Counted from the stretch's first letter, positions 1-9,409 are shown. The stretch is DNA of 11,983 bases from Bugula neritina (GCA_964035545.1 CAXIUT010000011.1:1-11983); one strand, 5' to 3'. A program made the numbers and translations. The notes: generated by a model from the letters alone, not told the origin.

Positions 1-83
1 CCCAACCCCAACCCCAACCCCAACCCCAACCCCAACCCCCAACCCCAACCCCAACCCCAACCCCAACCCCAACCCCAACCCCA
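1..83. repeat. Left telomere, (CCCCAA)n
   Basis: About 14 tandem CCCCAA units from base 1, with one C5 variant. This is the Tetrahymena-type ciliate telomere repeat. Confidence 0.98.
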
Positions 84-89
84 TATTCT

Positions 90-125
90 ATCTTTGTTTT
101 ATGAATATTAATCTTTGTTTTATGA
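90..125. repeat. Subtelomeric direct repeat ATCTTTGTTTTATGA x2
   Basis: Identical 15-mers at 90-104 and 111-125 (21-nt period), starting 7 nt inside the telomere. Confidence 0.8.
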
Positions 126-547
126 TATTTTATATTTAATATTCTTTCAATCAACAGTATTGTCTGATTTGAGTAGTATATTATCCTTTTAGAATGATAG
201 AGAAGATCAATATGAAATAACGGCTTTCTTCTAACTTAATCTCCAGCCATTTTCTATCATAGATCATTCTAACAGATTCAAAGTGGCATTTGTTTTTCAG
301 AAATGATCTCTGCTTGCTTTTTTCTATTCTATTTAAATTATTAAGTCTATCTTATTCTTCTTGATATTTTAAATTCAAAATATCTCCATCTCCATCTCCC
401 TACACTCCTCTACCAGTTGACAAAAACATTAAATAAGCTTTTTCCTCTTTTTTGTATTTTATTTTTTCAATGAAAAGGTTTCTCTGAAACAGTCAGGTAT
501 TAATCAGTCGTTTTTGAATAGTGGTTATAATATAAATCAGTTGAAGA

Positions 548-2507
548 ATGGGAACAAAAGACAACAAAGACGACGATAAAGAGCCAATCGACGTCTCAGA
601 ACTATAAAATGGACCTCTTACTGAAGCCAACAGGGAATGCCGTGATGTTTTATGCTGCCTTCTGTTCGTTGCAGGCATCATTGCTATGATTTATCTCTCA
701 GCCACAGCCTATTCGACTGGAGACCCTTACAAAATTTACAGAGGAATCGATCAAAACGGCAAAGAGTGTGGAAAGATGGATGATGCTATCTATTCACAAT
801 TTCCTTTTCTCTACTTCACCAATCCTTTTGAAAACATTTCCAAAAGAGCATGCGTCAAAACTTGTCCCGTTTATAATTCAGGCAGCAACTCTGTTTCTGC
901 TATCGAATGCGCCGTTCCTGCAGACTGCAACTCTGATACTTATCATGTTTAATACAAAGACGATGGTACGAGAACCGATGGCAGCAGTGCTGATCCAGCT
1001 TCTGGTAACGTACTGGGTTACGATACTACATTAGTTCTCGACAGAGTATGTATTCCCAATTCTAACATGTTTACAACGGTATTCAGTTCTTCAAGCGAGT
1101 CGATGAAAAATGCACTAGATGAAGGCTACCTTGCTGACTTCATCCAAGATATAAAAAATGTAAAATAGATGATATTTAGAATTGGGTGTGGATTCTAGCA
1201 GCGGTGGGAATGTGCGTGGTAATTTGCTTTATGTTCATGTTTTTATTGAAATGTTTGGCCGGATGTATCGTCTGGGTTTCACTCTTTGGAATTATGTTCT
1301 TGTTCATCGGGATGGGATTGATCTTCCTCTACAATGCAGGAAAGTTAGGGGATGTTAGTGAACAAGCTACCTACCTCGGAGTACCAGCTACCAACACTGG
1401 CAGTAACTAAGCCCTTGGATGGACCTGTATTGGTGTTGGCTGCTTCTTCTTTATTGTTATCCTATGCTGCTGCAATCGAATCAGATTGGCTGTTGCCATC
1501 TGTAAATCAGCAGGACAGTTCGTTGCTAGTGTATGTACAGTCATTCTGGTCCCAATCTTCCAGGCTCTCTTCGCTTTCGCATTATGGGGAGGAGCTCTGG
1601 TCGCTATGGTCTACTTGGTCTCAGCTGCAACTTTTGTAGTGGCTAGTAATACAGACTATTTTACTTCTCTTGAATCTTTTACAGACTAAAAGCTGATAAG
1701 ATTTTATGTTTTTATTTTTCTGACTTTGTGGTGTAATGCCTTCCTTGCAGCAATGACGATTTTCATCATAGCATCAGCTACTTGTATGTGGTATTATTCT
1801 CATGCTCCAGGAAGCGAGCTAGCATTTCCTATTTGGCGTTCTTACAAAATGGTTTTCCGGTACTGATGGTATAATATAGTTATCACTGGGGAAGTCTTGC
1901 TTTTGGGGCTCTTTTGCTGGCTATTGTTCAATTTTTGCAGCTAATGGTCTAGCTATTCAAGAGGACAGGCTGAGGCCCAGAATAACAAATGTATGTAATA
2001 TGTTTTAAAATGTATTCAATGTTGTTTAGCATGCGTGGAGTGTATAGTAAAATTTATAAACACTCAAGCTTATATTCAAATAGCTCTTCGAGGTAAAAAT
2101 TTTTGTTATGCTGCTAAAGATGGTTTCTAGCTAGCTTGGTCAAATCCTTTGAGATTCGCAATAGTTGGAGGTATTGGTTCAGTAATCATGTTTTTGGGCA
2201 AGATAATGATCGCCCTATCAACAGCTTTTCTTTTTTATTTGTTGGTTACCTATGTGAAATCAATTCGTTAAGGATATACTGAACCTATGTTACAAGTGGT
2301 GGTAAAATTTTATTAATTTAGTTGGTGGGGGTGATTGCCTATTTGATCGGTGCATTGTTTATGTCTGTGTATTCAGTTGCAATGGATGCTTTGCTGCAGT
2401 GTTTCATTGTTGATTAGATGAACTCGAAGGGAAAGAGAGCTAAATGGGCTCCAGCTGATCTAGCTGATCTTATGGATACTGAAAATTAAAATAAGATTGA
2501 TTTATGA
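548..2507 (+). CDS. Choline transporter-like protein (CTL/SLC44 family), ~632 aa; 3 introns; one +1 frameshift near 1960-1971
   Basis: With TAR=Glu the exons are 548-1159, 1180-1859, 1880-2301 and 2322-2507, ending at TGA 2505-2507. Family motifs: NRECRDVLCCLLF, GDPYKIYRGIDQNGKECG, KRACVKTCP, NRIRLAVAI, FRYHWGSLAFGA, CIQCCLACVECIVKFINTQAYIQIALRGKNFCYAAKDGF, AMDALLQCFIVDE, plus multiple hydrophobic TM segments. The exons sum to 1900 nt (3n+1), so one extra base is present. Confidence 0.93.
1160..1179 (+). other. Spliceosomal intron, 20 nt
   Basis: GTAAAATAGATGATATTTAG; removal joins DIKN|NWVWIL in frame. Confidence 0.9.
1860..1879 (+). other. Spliceosomal intron, 20 nt
   Basis: GTACTGATGGTATAATATAG; removal eliminates an in-frame TGA and restores the conserved FRYHWGSLAFG. 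Confidence 0.93.
2302..2321 (+). other. Spliceosomal intron, 20 nt
   Basis: GTAAAATTTTATTAATTTAG; removal joins QVV|LVGVIAY into the frame carrying LLQCFIVDE. Confidence 0.9.
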
Positions 2508-2610
2508 TCCAATTCCATTATTTTTATTAAGTTAAGTATTGATATCATTACTAGTTGAGTTTATTATTCTATTTATTTATCGAAATATTTGAGTATTATT
2601 TATTATTGGA

Positions 2611-2754
2611 AATAAACATATACTACTCTATCGATAATTAGAGATATATATACTACTCTATCAATGGTTTGAGATAAAAATAATACTCTATGATGATTAA
2701 TATATATTCAACTCTATGACGAGTAGAGATATATATACTACTCTATCAATGACT
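2611..2754. repeat. Degenerate ~30-bp minisatellite, about 5 copies
   Basis: Consensus approximately GAGATATATATACTACTCTATCAATG. Units start near 2611, 2641, 2671, 2700 and 2726, and the core ACTCTAT is in every copy. Confidence 0.85.
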
Positions 2755-2874
2755 TATCTGAAAAAAGTTGAAAATAAAAGCTAAATGTGAAATTCCTTAT
2801 ATAGGTAGTTATATGTATGACTAGTAATATGAGATGATAGCTAAGTTGATATAGATTTGTTTGATCGAGTAGAA

Positions 2875-3738
2875 TCAATTGGTTTTATTGTTTTATCCTA
2901 GCACTTCTCGATACCACTTCCTGGCGCTCAGATTGATTTTGCTTTCCATCAAATTGTTCTATACTTCAGTGCTGATTCTAATGTGGTGGTTTAGATTGAG
3001 ATGATGGTTGTGATTGTTGTTCTGGCTGTGATTTTGAGTGTCTTTATTTTATTTGAGATCTTTGGCCAATTTGGTTCTGGGACAAAAGTTCATGACTTTG
3101 CCTTTGTAATCGGTGGTGAAGTTGTTGACTATTTTATTTTATTTTTTGTGGTTGTTTTGTAGGTTGACAAAGTCTTAAGTAACAAATAATTTTAATGCTT
3201 CTTCTAATTTATATTTTTTTGATCTAAGTAAAGCGATATGTTAGTCATGCTACGTCTGTGCTTCTAAACTAGACAGTAGAGGTATAAGTTTGCTACTGCT
3301 TTATACTTGTTTGTTGTGGTTTTATATTTGTTTTTTGGATGCAGTCATTGTTCTTTTAATTTGATTTCTCTTCAAACTGAATCTTACGTTTTGTTTTGTT
3401 TTGTTGTTTTGAGGGGCAATAGTTTTAGTGGTATTTGGTTATGTTATTGGATGGATGTTTTATTAAGGTGGTTGTACGTGTTTTGGTTGGACTAGTGATT
3501 GGGTTTAGTTGGGCTATGTGAAGCAGTTGTTTATTTGTTGAGGTAAATATGGTGTTTTATGTTGGTTTATTTTACGGTTGACTTGTTTGAGGTATTTAAT
3601 GTGATAGTGAGGTAGTTTTTTTAGTGCGAGGGAGTGGAGGTGTTTGGTGCGGATGGTCGTGAAAGTTGAGGAGAGGAGATCGGAAACAAAAGAAGTGGCT
3701 GATGATTCAGAATTATAGCGGATTGAACGTTCTTCCAT
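2875..3738 (-). CDS. Hypothetical protein, 287 aa
   Basis: Uninterrupted ATG(3738)-to-TGA(2875-2877) frame under TAR=Glu: MEERSIRYNSESSATSFVSDLLS...HIALLRSKKYKLEEALKLF...FTTDYKGKVMNF...RKWYREVLGENNKTN. Rich in N, K, Q and H; no family recognised. Sits divergent to PME-1. Confidence 0.75.
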
Positions 3739-4034
3739 TTTAGTTGTATTTAATGATAGAATATATAAATGTCATAGTCAGAATTAAATACTACCAAATA
3801 TCAGTATTTTAAGTTGTTATTCTTTTTTTCTAGAACAATATGTAATTATTTCTAGTTTGATTACTAAAAGCTTTGATGTCAAGGACCTTATTGATTCTAA
3901 TTCATTCATTTGATTGCTGAGAATCCCTCACAGCTGGAGTTTCTTTAAAAGGATTACTATTATTATTTATTATTAGTAGTATAGACTCTATTAAATTTGA
4001 TTTGATTTGAATATAGATATAATAGTATCAAGAG
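3739..4034. promoter_or_regulatory. Putative bidirectional promoter region
   Basis: 296-bp AT-rich spacer between the divergent start codons at 3738 (-) and 4035 (+). Inferred from gene geometry only. Confidence 0.45.
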
Positions 4035-5137
4035 ATGAAAGGACCTGGTGGTAATGACCCCAATCATCCTGACAACTTCGACCCGTACTACCTCTTATAT
4101 CTAGTGTAACTAAGATGCCTCCCATGCACAAGGGCCAACATCATTAAACCGACCATCATCATAAGAACTTTGATCCTCTTCCCTGGTAGGGATATTTCGA
4201 CTAGCTTCTCTACTTATCTGATGTATTTTAGTTTTAATGTAAGGGTACGTCTGTTTTTCGAGCTGGTAGTGATGGAGCCATGTTTTTATGTATCCATGGA
4301 GCTGGGCATAGTGCTTTAAGTTTTGCTACTCTTGCCAGAGAAGTTAGACATTTTGGAACAGTGCTGGCTTATGACTTGAAAGGCCATGGACATTCTAAAA
4401 AATAGGTAGGAGATGGAGACTATTCTATTGAAACATTGAACGCTTAAGCTATATAAGTGATAAAGGAATTGATGCAGAGATATCCTGATAAGAATGTGGT
4501 GGTGGTTGGACATTCTTTGGGAGGGTCGATTGCTTGTAGAGTAGTAGATATCTTAACTAATGTCTAAAAGATTTAGAGAATAGTCGGATGTATTGTCATT
4601 GATGTAGTTGAAGGAACAGCTATTTAAGCTCTACCTTTTATGAACCAAATCATCATGGATAGACCCAATCATTTCGATACTTTACACAATGGTATAAAAT
4701 GGTGTTACAATTCTTGTACAGTACGTAAGTTGTAGTCAGCTAGGGTGTCGATGCCAGGTCAATTGGCTAAAATACAGGTGAATGGAAATGAGTGTTGGAG
4801 TTGGAGAGTGGACCTCAAAGCGACTGAAAAATATTGGATGGGGTGGTTCAAAGGACTATCACAGATATTTTTGAATATGCATGTTCCAAAAATACTAATA
4901 ACTGCTTAAAAGGAACGAATGGACAAGGAGCTGACGATAGCACAGATGCAGGGAAAGTTCAAGGTAGTAGTTATCCATAATGTTGGTCATAGTGTCCAGT
5001 AGGATGACTTTAGAGCTACAGCCAAGGAATGTTACAACTTTTTAAAAGATTTTAGAATTCCTATGACTTTAGGAGAGAAAGCTGAGAAGTAATTAGTTGG
5101 AATTGCTAATTTTCATCCAGGACTCAATAAATATTGA
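4035..5137 (+). CDS. PPME1: Protein phosphatase methylesterase 1 (PME-1, alpha/beta hydrolase), ~353 aa
   Basis: Exons 4035-4084, 4105-4222 and 4244-5137, ending at TGA 5135-5137. Motifs: FDPLPWEGYFD, CIHGAGHSALSF, YDLKGHG, nucleophile GHSLGG, IDVVEGTAIEAL, LESARVSMP, YWMGWFKGLS, RMDKELTIAQMQGKF, catalytic His in GHSVQED. Confidence 0.95.
4085..4104 (+). other. Spliceosomal intron, 20 nt
   Basis: GTACTACCTCTTATATCTAG; removal links the ATG at 4035 to the PME-1 frame. Confidence 0.85.
4223..4243 (+). other. Probable spliceosomal intron, 21 nt (in frame)
   Basis: GTATTTTAGTTTTAATGTAAG; AT-rich GTA...AG like the other introns. It is frame-preserving (would read VFEFECK), so splicing cannot be proven from frame. 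Confidence 0.7.
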
Positions 5138-5271
5138 TTGAATTGATAAATTTGTTATAATTTTCAAAAGATGGTTGCTTCTAACCACTCTGCTGCTGAT
5201 AACTAGCTATTTAGTCTGCTGCTTTTGACTAGCTATTGAATTGACAAAATATTATATAAATGATGACTATA

Positions 5272-6030
5272 TCATAAGACAGCTTTGAACTGAAGTACTT
5301 TTTGCACAATTAATTATCTTTTAGCTTCTCTTAATCTTACACTAGCAAATTATGGACTTAATATGGTTGTTTTATAACTTTAGTACCTAATTCTAACTAA
5401 TTTATGTAGTTATTCTAGTTCAGGCCATTGTTTGACTCCCCACAAATCTAACTCCTTCAATACAACAATAAATTTTTATATTATTTTGTATTAAATTAAG
5501 GTTTATAGTACTAGTCCTGATTTTTAGCTTAGAAGTTAGATTAATCTTTTTTATTGTTAAATTTTAAAGATCCTTTATGAAGATTTAGTGTTGGATGCTT
5601 CCATGGCTAGACTGTGTAGTAAGAGTCCTAGTTCTAGATGTGGATCTTAAGGTTGTTTGATTTGTACATATTTATTTTTTTTATGTTAGACGGGCTAGTG
5701 TTTTTTTGTCTAGAACTATTGATAGAGATCATCTTATTCACTTGAACTATTGAGTCCTTTTTTCCTTTTGTTGTGTCTTTTTATAGCAACAGCTAGTGAA
5801 AATTTGAGTCCTTTGTTTGTTTTAGCAGTATTTTCTGAGGAGAACTGTCTATAGGTATCTTAGGTGAAGGGGTAGATAAAGATTTAGTCGATGGTTGCTT
5901 ATGATTTTTATCCGTAGAAAAGTATTTTGTAGTTGTGTTGGTTGACAACAGATATGACTTTGCCTGGCCAATATGGGTAATTTTGACATTTGGCAAAGAC
6001 CATTTATCCTAATTTGTAGTTATTGGGCAT
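5272..6030 (-). CDS. PWWP-domain protein (putative chromatin reader), 252 aa
   Basis: Intronless ATG(6030)-to-TGA(5272-5274) frame under TAR=Glu. The N-terminus MPNNYKLGEMVFAKCQNYPYWPGKVISVVNQHNYKILFYGEKSEATI matches the PWWP consensus (GDLVWAK..GYPWWP...Y.V.FFG). It is followed by basic (KRHNKRK) and acidic (SSSEEDD) patches and a helical C-terminus. The supplied 5793..5996 ORF is the wrong frame. Confidence 0.9.
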
Positions 6031-6276
6031 TAAGTCAGAGGGATTATTATTATATGACTATCAATGGTTCTATCAAGAAAGCTACAAATTCAATACAATA
6101 TATTCATATTCATAATATCACTATGAATTTAACGATAATCGATGGATATAACTATGATCCAAAGGTATGAATATGATAGATATATACTATGAGATATATC
6201 TTCCTACAATATTTAATATATATTAATTTAAATTAAATTAATAGGACCTTTAATTGTAATTAATTCAAATTAAGTC
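6031..6276. promoter_or_regulatory. Putative bidirectional promoter region
   Basis: 246-bp very AT-rich spacer between the divergent starts at 6030 (-) and 6277 (+). Inferred from geometry only. Confidence 0.45.
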
Positions 6277-9144
6277 ATGGACTTGGATATATACACAACT
6301 ACCAAAAACTGGATCTTTACAGAGACTGATTAACTTGCTTAATAAAAGTTTTCACTCCTAGAATAAACCACCCGCTCCTCTGCACCTCAAAATTTCTACC
6401 ACAGTATCACAGCTCATATTCAGAACAAACCCTATTACATCTTGATTTTATTAAAAACAGTCAACTCTATCCCTTGCTCCAGACTCTCCCCAAAGCTGTT
6501 CTCCACCACGTGCACTTTGATTGCTGTGAAGATGAAGACTTTGTATTAATATGTTGATTCAGTATAGAGAGTGTGTGATAACTGATCCAAGAGTGTACTT
6601 GACGGCTGATAAGAAGGAGATGCGTATGGGGACTAAGGCCTAGGCTTAGAAAGAAGGATGGACATCTATGATAGAGGAGAGGAAGAAGTGGTAGAATGAA
6701 GAAGAGTTCGTGAAGATGGTGGCAGGGATAACAATGCTGAACAAGGCTGCATTGATGGAGATGTCATTTAAGCAGAAAGAGATGTGGGATAGATTTGAAG
6801 AGAAAATAACGAATTTTTTTGTTTTAGTTTTTTAATTGCATATGTTTAAAAAATATACTAAACATGTGCTGTTAAAATACATAAAAAACGGATATGACAG
6901 GATAGAGTTCCGAGCCTTTCCTGCTCGACTCAAATAATACGATTTAGATGGAAACTATGTGAAAGAACATGAGTAAAAAATGTACATGACTGCATTCGAT
7001 GAGGTTTATAATGAGGTAGTTATGCAGCATCCTAATTTTAGCTGTGGATTTGTCTTTTTTGGATTGAAAGTGTTTTCTCCTCAAATGAATGAGTAGCTAT
7101 TTACAAAGGTGTGTGAGTCAGAGTGGGACAAGACCATTGGACTTGATTTCGTTCAGCAGGAAGATTTGTATGGGTCACTCCTGGAGTATGATCCCATTAT
7201 CGACAAGGTGCTAGCTAAATTTCCTCATTTGGATTATAAGAAAGTCTACCATGCGGGTTAAACCAAAGACCATAGAACTCATAACTTAGAGATAGCTGTC
7301 AAAGCAGGGTCAGTAAGAATAGGTCATGGCTTCAATATCCTGCAGAGAATATAATTTTTGCCACATTGTAGAAATATTTGTTTCTAGAAGAATCCTTTAA
7401 GTAATTTGGTGTTAGGGTATAATTCTGATGCTCGATAGGCTTCTGCTCCTGTTTTGCTCGGCATGGGTTTCGCTGTAACTATCAATCCAGATGATCCTGG
7501 TAAATTTGGAGTAGACGATAGCACTGTTGACTACTTCTTGGCTGCCATTTCCTACAACTGGACACTAAGACATCTCAAGTTGATAGCCTATCACTCGATC
7601 AACCATGCTATTTGCTCAGAACATTTGAGGAATGGATTGCTAAAATCGTTTAATTTGAGATGGAACAAATGGGTAAAAGATTTTGTGGGAGGTGAACATA
7701 TTTAACCAGTACATCGATGGATTTAACCTGATATATTTAGAGGAGTTCGAGGATGGTCTTGGAGTTAAAAGTAAAGCAAAGCAATGGAAAAGTATTAAAT
7801 ATTTAGACAGGGAGCAGTTGATGCTCTTCCTGTTGATTTCTATCAAGGTAATTCTGATATAAAATAGAAAAGGTGTTAAGTCATTTGTAGTTTATGAAGA
7901 GCACTGAGTTATTTAAAAGGCTGTCAAGGATGCCAAAGGGAGTAATGCACCATGATCACTTCGATTGCAACTAAGACGTTTAATTTGTATTTTTTTATTA
8001 ATAATAGTACAAAAAATATGTGATAACTGATGGGAGAATTTATTTATCGAAAGATAGAAAGAGATTTAAGGTGGGAACAAGTAAGTAGGCAGAGAGTTAG
8101 GGATGGTGGTCTTGGAAAGTATTGAGATAATAAAATAAAACTTAATAAGAGCTAGCTACCCTTGCATATTCTTTGAGTTCATTTACAAAGTAAGAAATGA
8201 GTACAGTAGCCGGTAATTCTTCAAAATTTTGGCCTCCTTTCGAATAGAAAATAACTAATTTTAACAGAATATTATCAATGAGGGAAGTTTTTGAGAATTA
8301 TTCTGGACATGTCCTCAGGAAATTTATTCGAAATGGATATAGGAGGATAGAGTTTAGAGGTTTACTGATGGGATTGAAAGATTATGACAAAGAAGGTAAT
8401 TTAGTGAAAGAAAATGATTAAAAGTCATTTGTTTAAAGTTTCGATAAGGTTTATGAAGGAGTTAGAAAATAAAATCCTGGTTTTACTGTTGGATTTATTT
8501 TCTTTGGTTTAAAAGCATAGTCTGATGAATGGAACTAAGCCATGTTGAGAAAAGTATGTAATTTGGGATGGAAGTTAACTGTTGGCATTGATTTTGTCCA
8601 GGATTAAAACAAATACTCCAGTCTATCTCGCTACGACCAAATTGCAAATAAAGTTTTAGCTGACTACCCCGAACTATGGCTGCAAAAGTGTTATCACGCA
8701 GGTGATACTCGTGACCATCGCAACCATAACATCTAGCAGGCCTTGAAAGCTGGTTCTGTACGTATTGGTCATGGTTTGAACATAACTCAACATATTGAAA
8801 TCTAACCGTTATGTATGGGTAGGTGTTTTTAGTTATGTCCAGTATCTAATGTGGTGACTGCTAGTTCTGCCAGAGTGGACTTGAGGCTATCAACTGCTCC
8901 TATATTAATGGGCCTGGGAGTGCCAGTGTCTATTAATCCTGATGATCCTGGTAAATTCGGGTACTAGGATGGGAGTGTGGATTTCTTTTGTGCTGGAGTG
9001 TCGTTTAATTGGGGACTGAAGCATATGAAGTTGGTGGTTTTGCATTCGATTGGACATGCTATCTGCGGAGAGGGAGTACGAGTAGGGATGTATAAATGGT
9101 TTTAGGAAGAATGGGCAAAATGGGTGGATTCTTTGTTGGTCTGA
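6277..9144 (+). CDS. Tandem two-domain adenosine deaminase (ADA2/ADGF-like) protein, ~928 aa; 4 introns
   Basis: Exons 6277-6403, 6424-6542, 6563-7847, 7868-7986 and 8008-9144 total 2787 nt, with TGA at 9142-9144. Domain 1: LPKAVLHHVHFD, RIEFR, GLDFVQQED, YHAGET, RIGHG, FEKNPLSN, INPDDPG. Domain 2: MPKGVMHHDHFD, RIEFR, GIDFVQDEN, YHAGDT, RIGHG, FELCPVSN, INPDDPG. No in-frame TGA lies between the domains. Confidence 0.92.
6404..6423 (+). other. Spliceosomal intron, 20 nt
   Basis: GTATCACAGCTCATATTCAG; phase 1; needed to reach the LPKAVLHHVH frame. Confidence 0.9.
6543..6562 (+). other. Spliceosomal intron, 20 nt
   Basis: GTATTAATATGTTGATTCAG; phase 0; contains an in-frame TGA; joins EDEDF|YRECV. 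Confidence 0.92.
7848..7867 (+). other. Spliceosomal intron, 20 nt
   Basis: GTAATTCTGATATAAAATAG; phase 1; same position as 6404-6423 in the duplicated domain. Confidence 0.92.
7987..8007 (+). other. Spliceosomal intron, 21 nt (in frame)
   Basis: GTATTTTTTTATTAATAATAG; phase 0; same position as 6543-6562 in the duplicated domain. Confidence 0.85.
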
Positions 9145-9409
9145 TTAAGTCAATGTTAATTTGCTTTATTTATTATTATTAAATAAACTATCATAAGAAG
9201 GACAAATCTTTAGAGATAATAGTGATGGTTATTAATATTTGCAGCTTTATGGGAACAGTTAGTTGTTTTTGAAGAAAAGGAGCTAGTAGATAGATAATAA
9301 TGGATGATTTTATCGTTTTATTATTTTGGTATTATCCTGCCAGTTGTCCCAAAGACCTATTTACTTCAATTTAACATACCGAAATTATGATAATAAGTAT
9401 GGTGATTGA

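Noticed and set aside
1-83. Variant telomere units (C5 here, G3/G5 at the right end) as biological telomerase infidelity
   Set aside because: Indistinguishable from homopolymer sequencing errors without reads.
381-415. Pyrimidine-rich (ATCTCC)x3 tract upstream of the CTL gene
   Set aside because: Short and not seen upstream of the other genes, so no function can be supported.
2611-2754. CRISPR array (also considered for 9924-10019)
   Set aside because: The units are contiguous with no unique spacers, there are no cas genes and the context is eukaryotic.
6215-6242. AT palindrome TTAATTTAAATTAA in the divergent spacer
   Set aside because: Expected by chance in nearly pure AT sequence.
7259-7261. 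Standard ciliate code (TAR=Gln, table 6) or TAA=Lys
   Set aside because: It would give HAGQ or HAGK at the catalytic site and conflict with the GAR/TAR pairings between the duplicated domains.
7703-7790. Two separate tandem deaminase genes (stop at TAA 7703, restart at ATG 7784)
   Set aside because: TAA is Glu elsewhere and there is no AT-rich intergenic spacer. The sequence upstream of ATG 7784 (GWSWSEKESKAMEKY) aligns with the domain 1 N-terminus (NWIFTETDELAEEKF).
493-7846. Supplied ORFs as independent small genes
   Set aside because: They were computed with TAA/TAG as stops. 686..952, 1186..1410, 1486..1689, 3514..3738 and 7454..7705 are fragments of larger genes; the rest are off-frame or antisense shadows.
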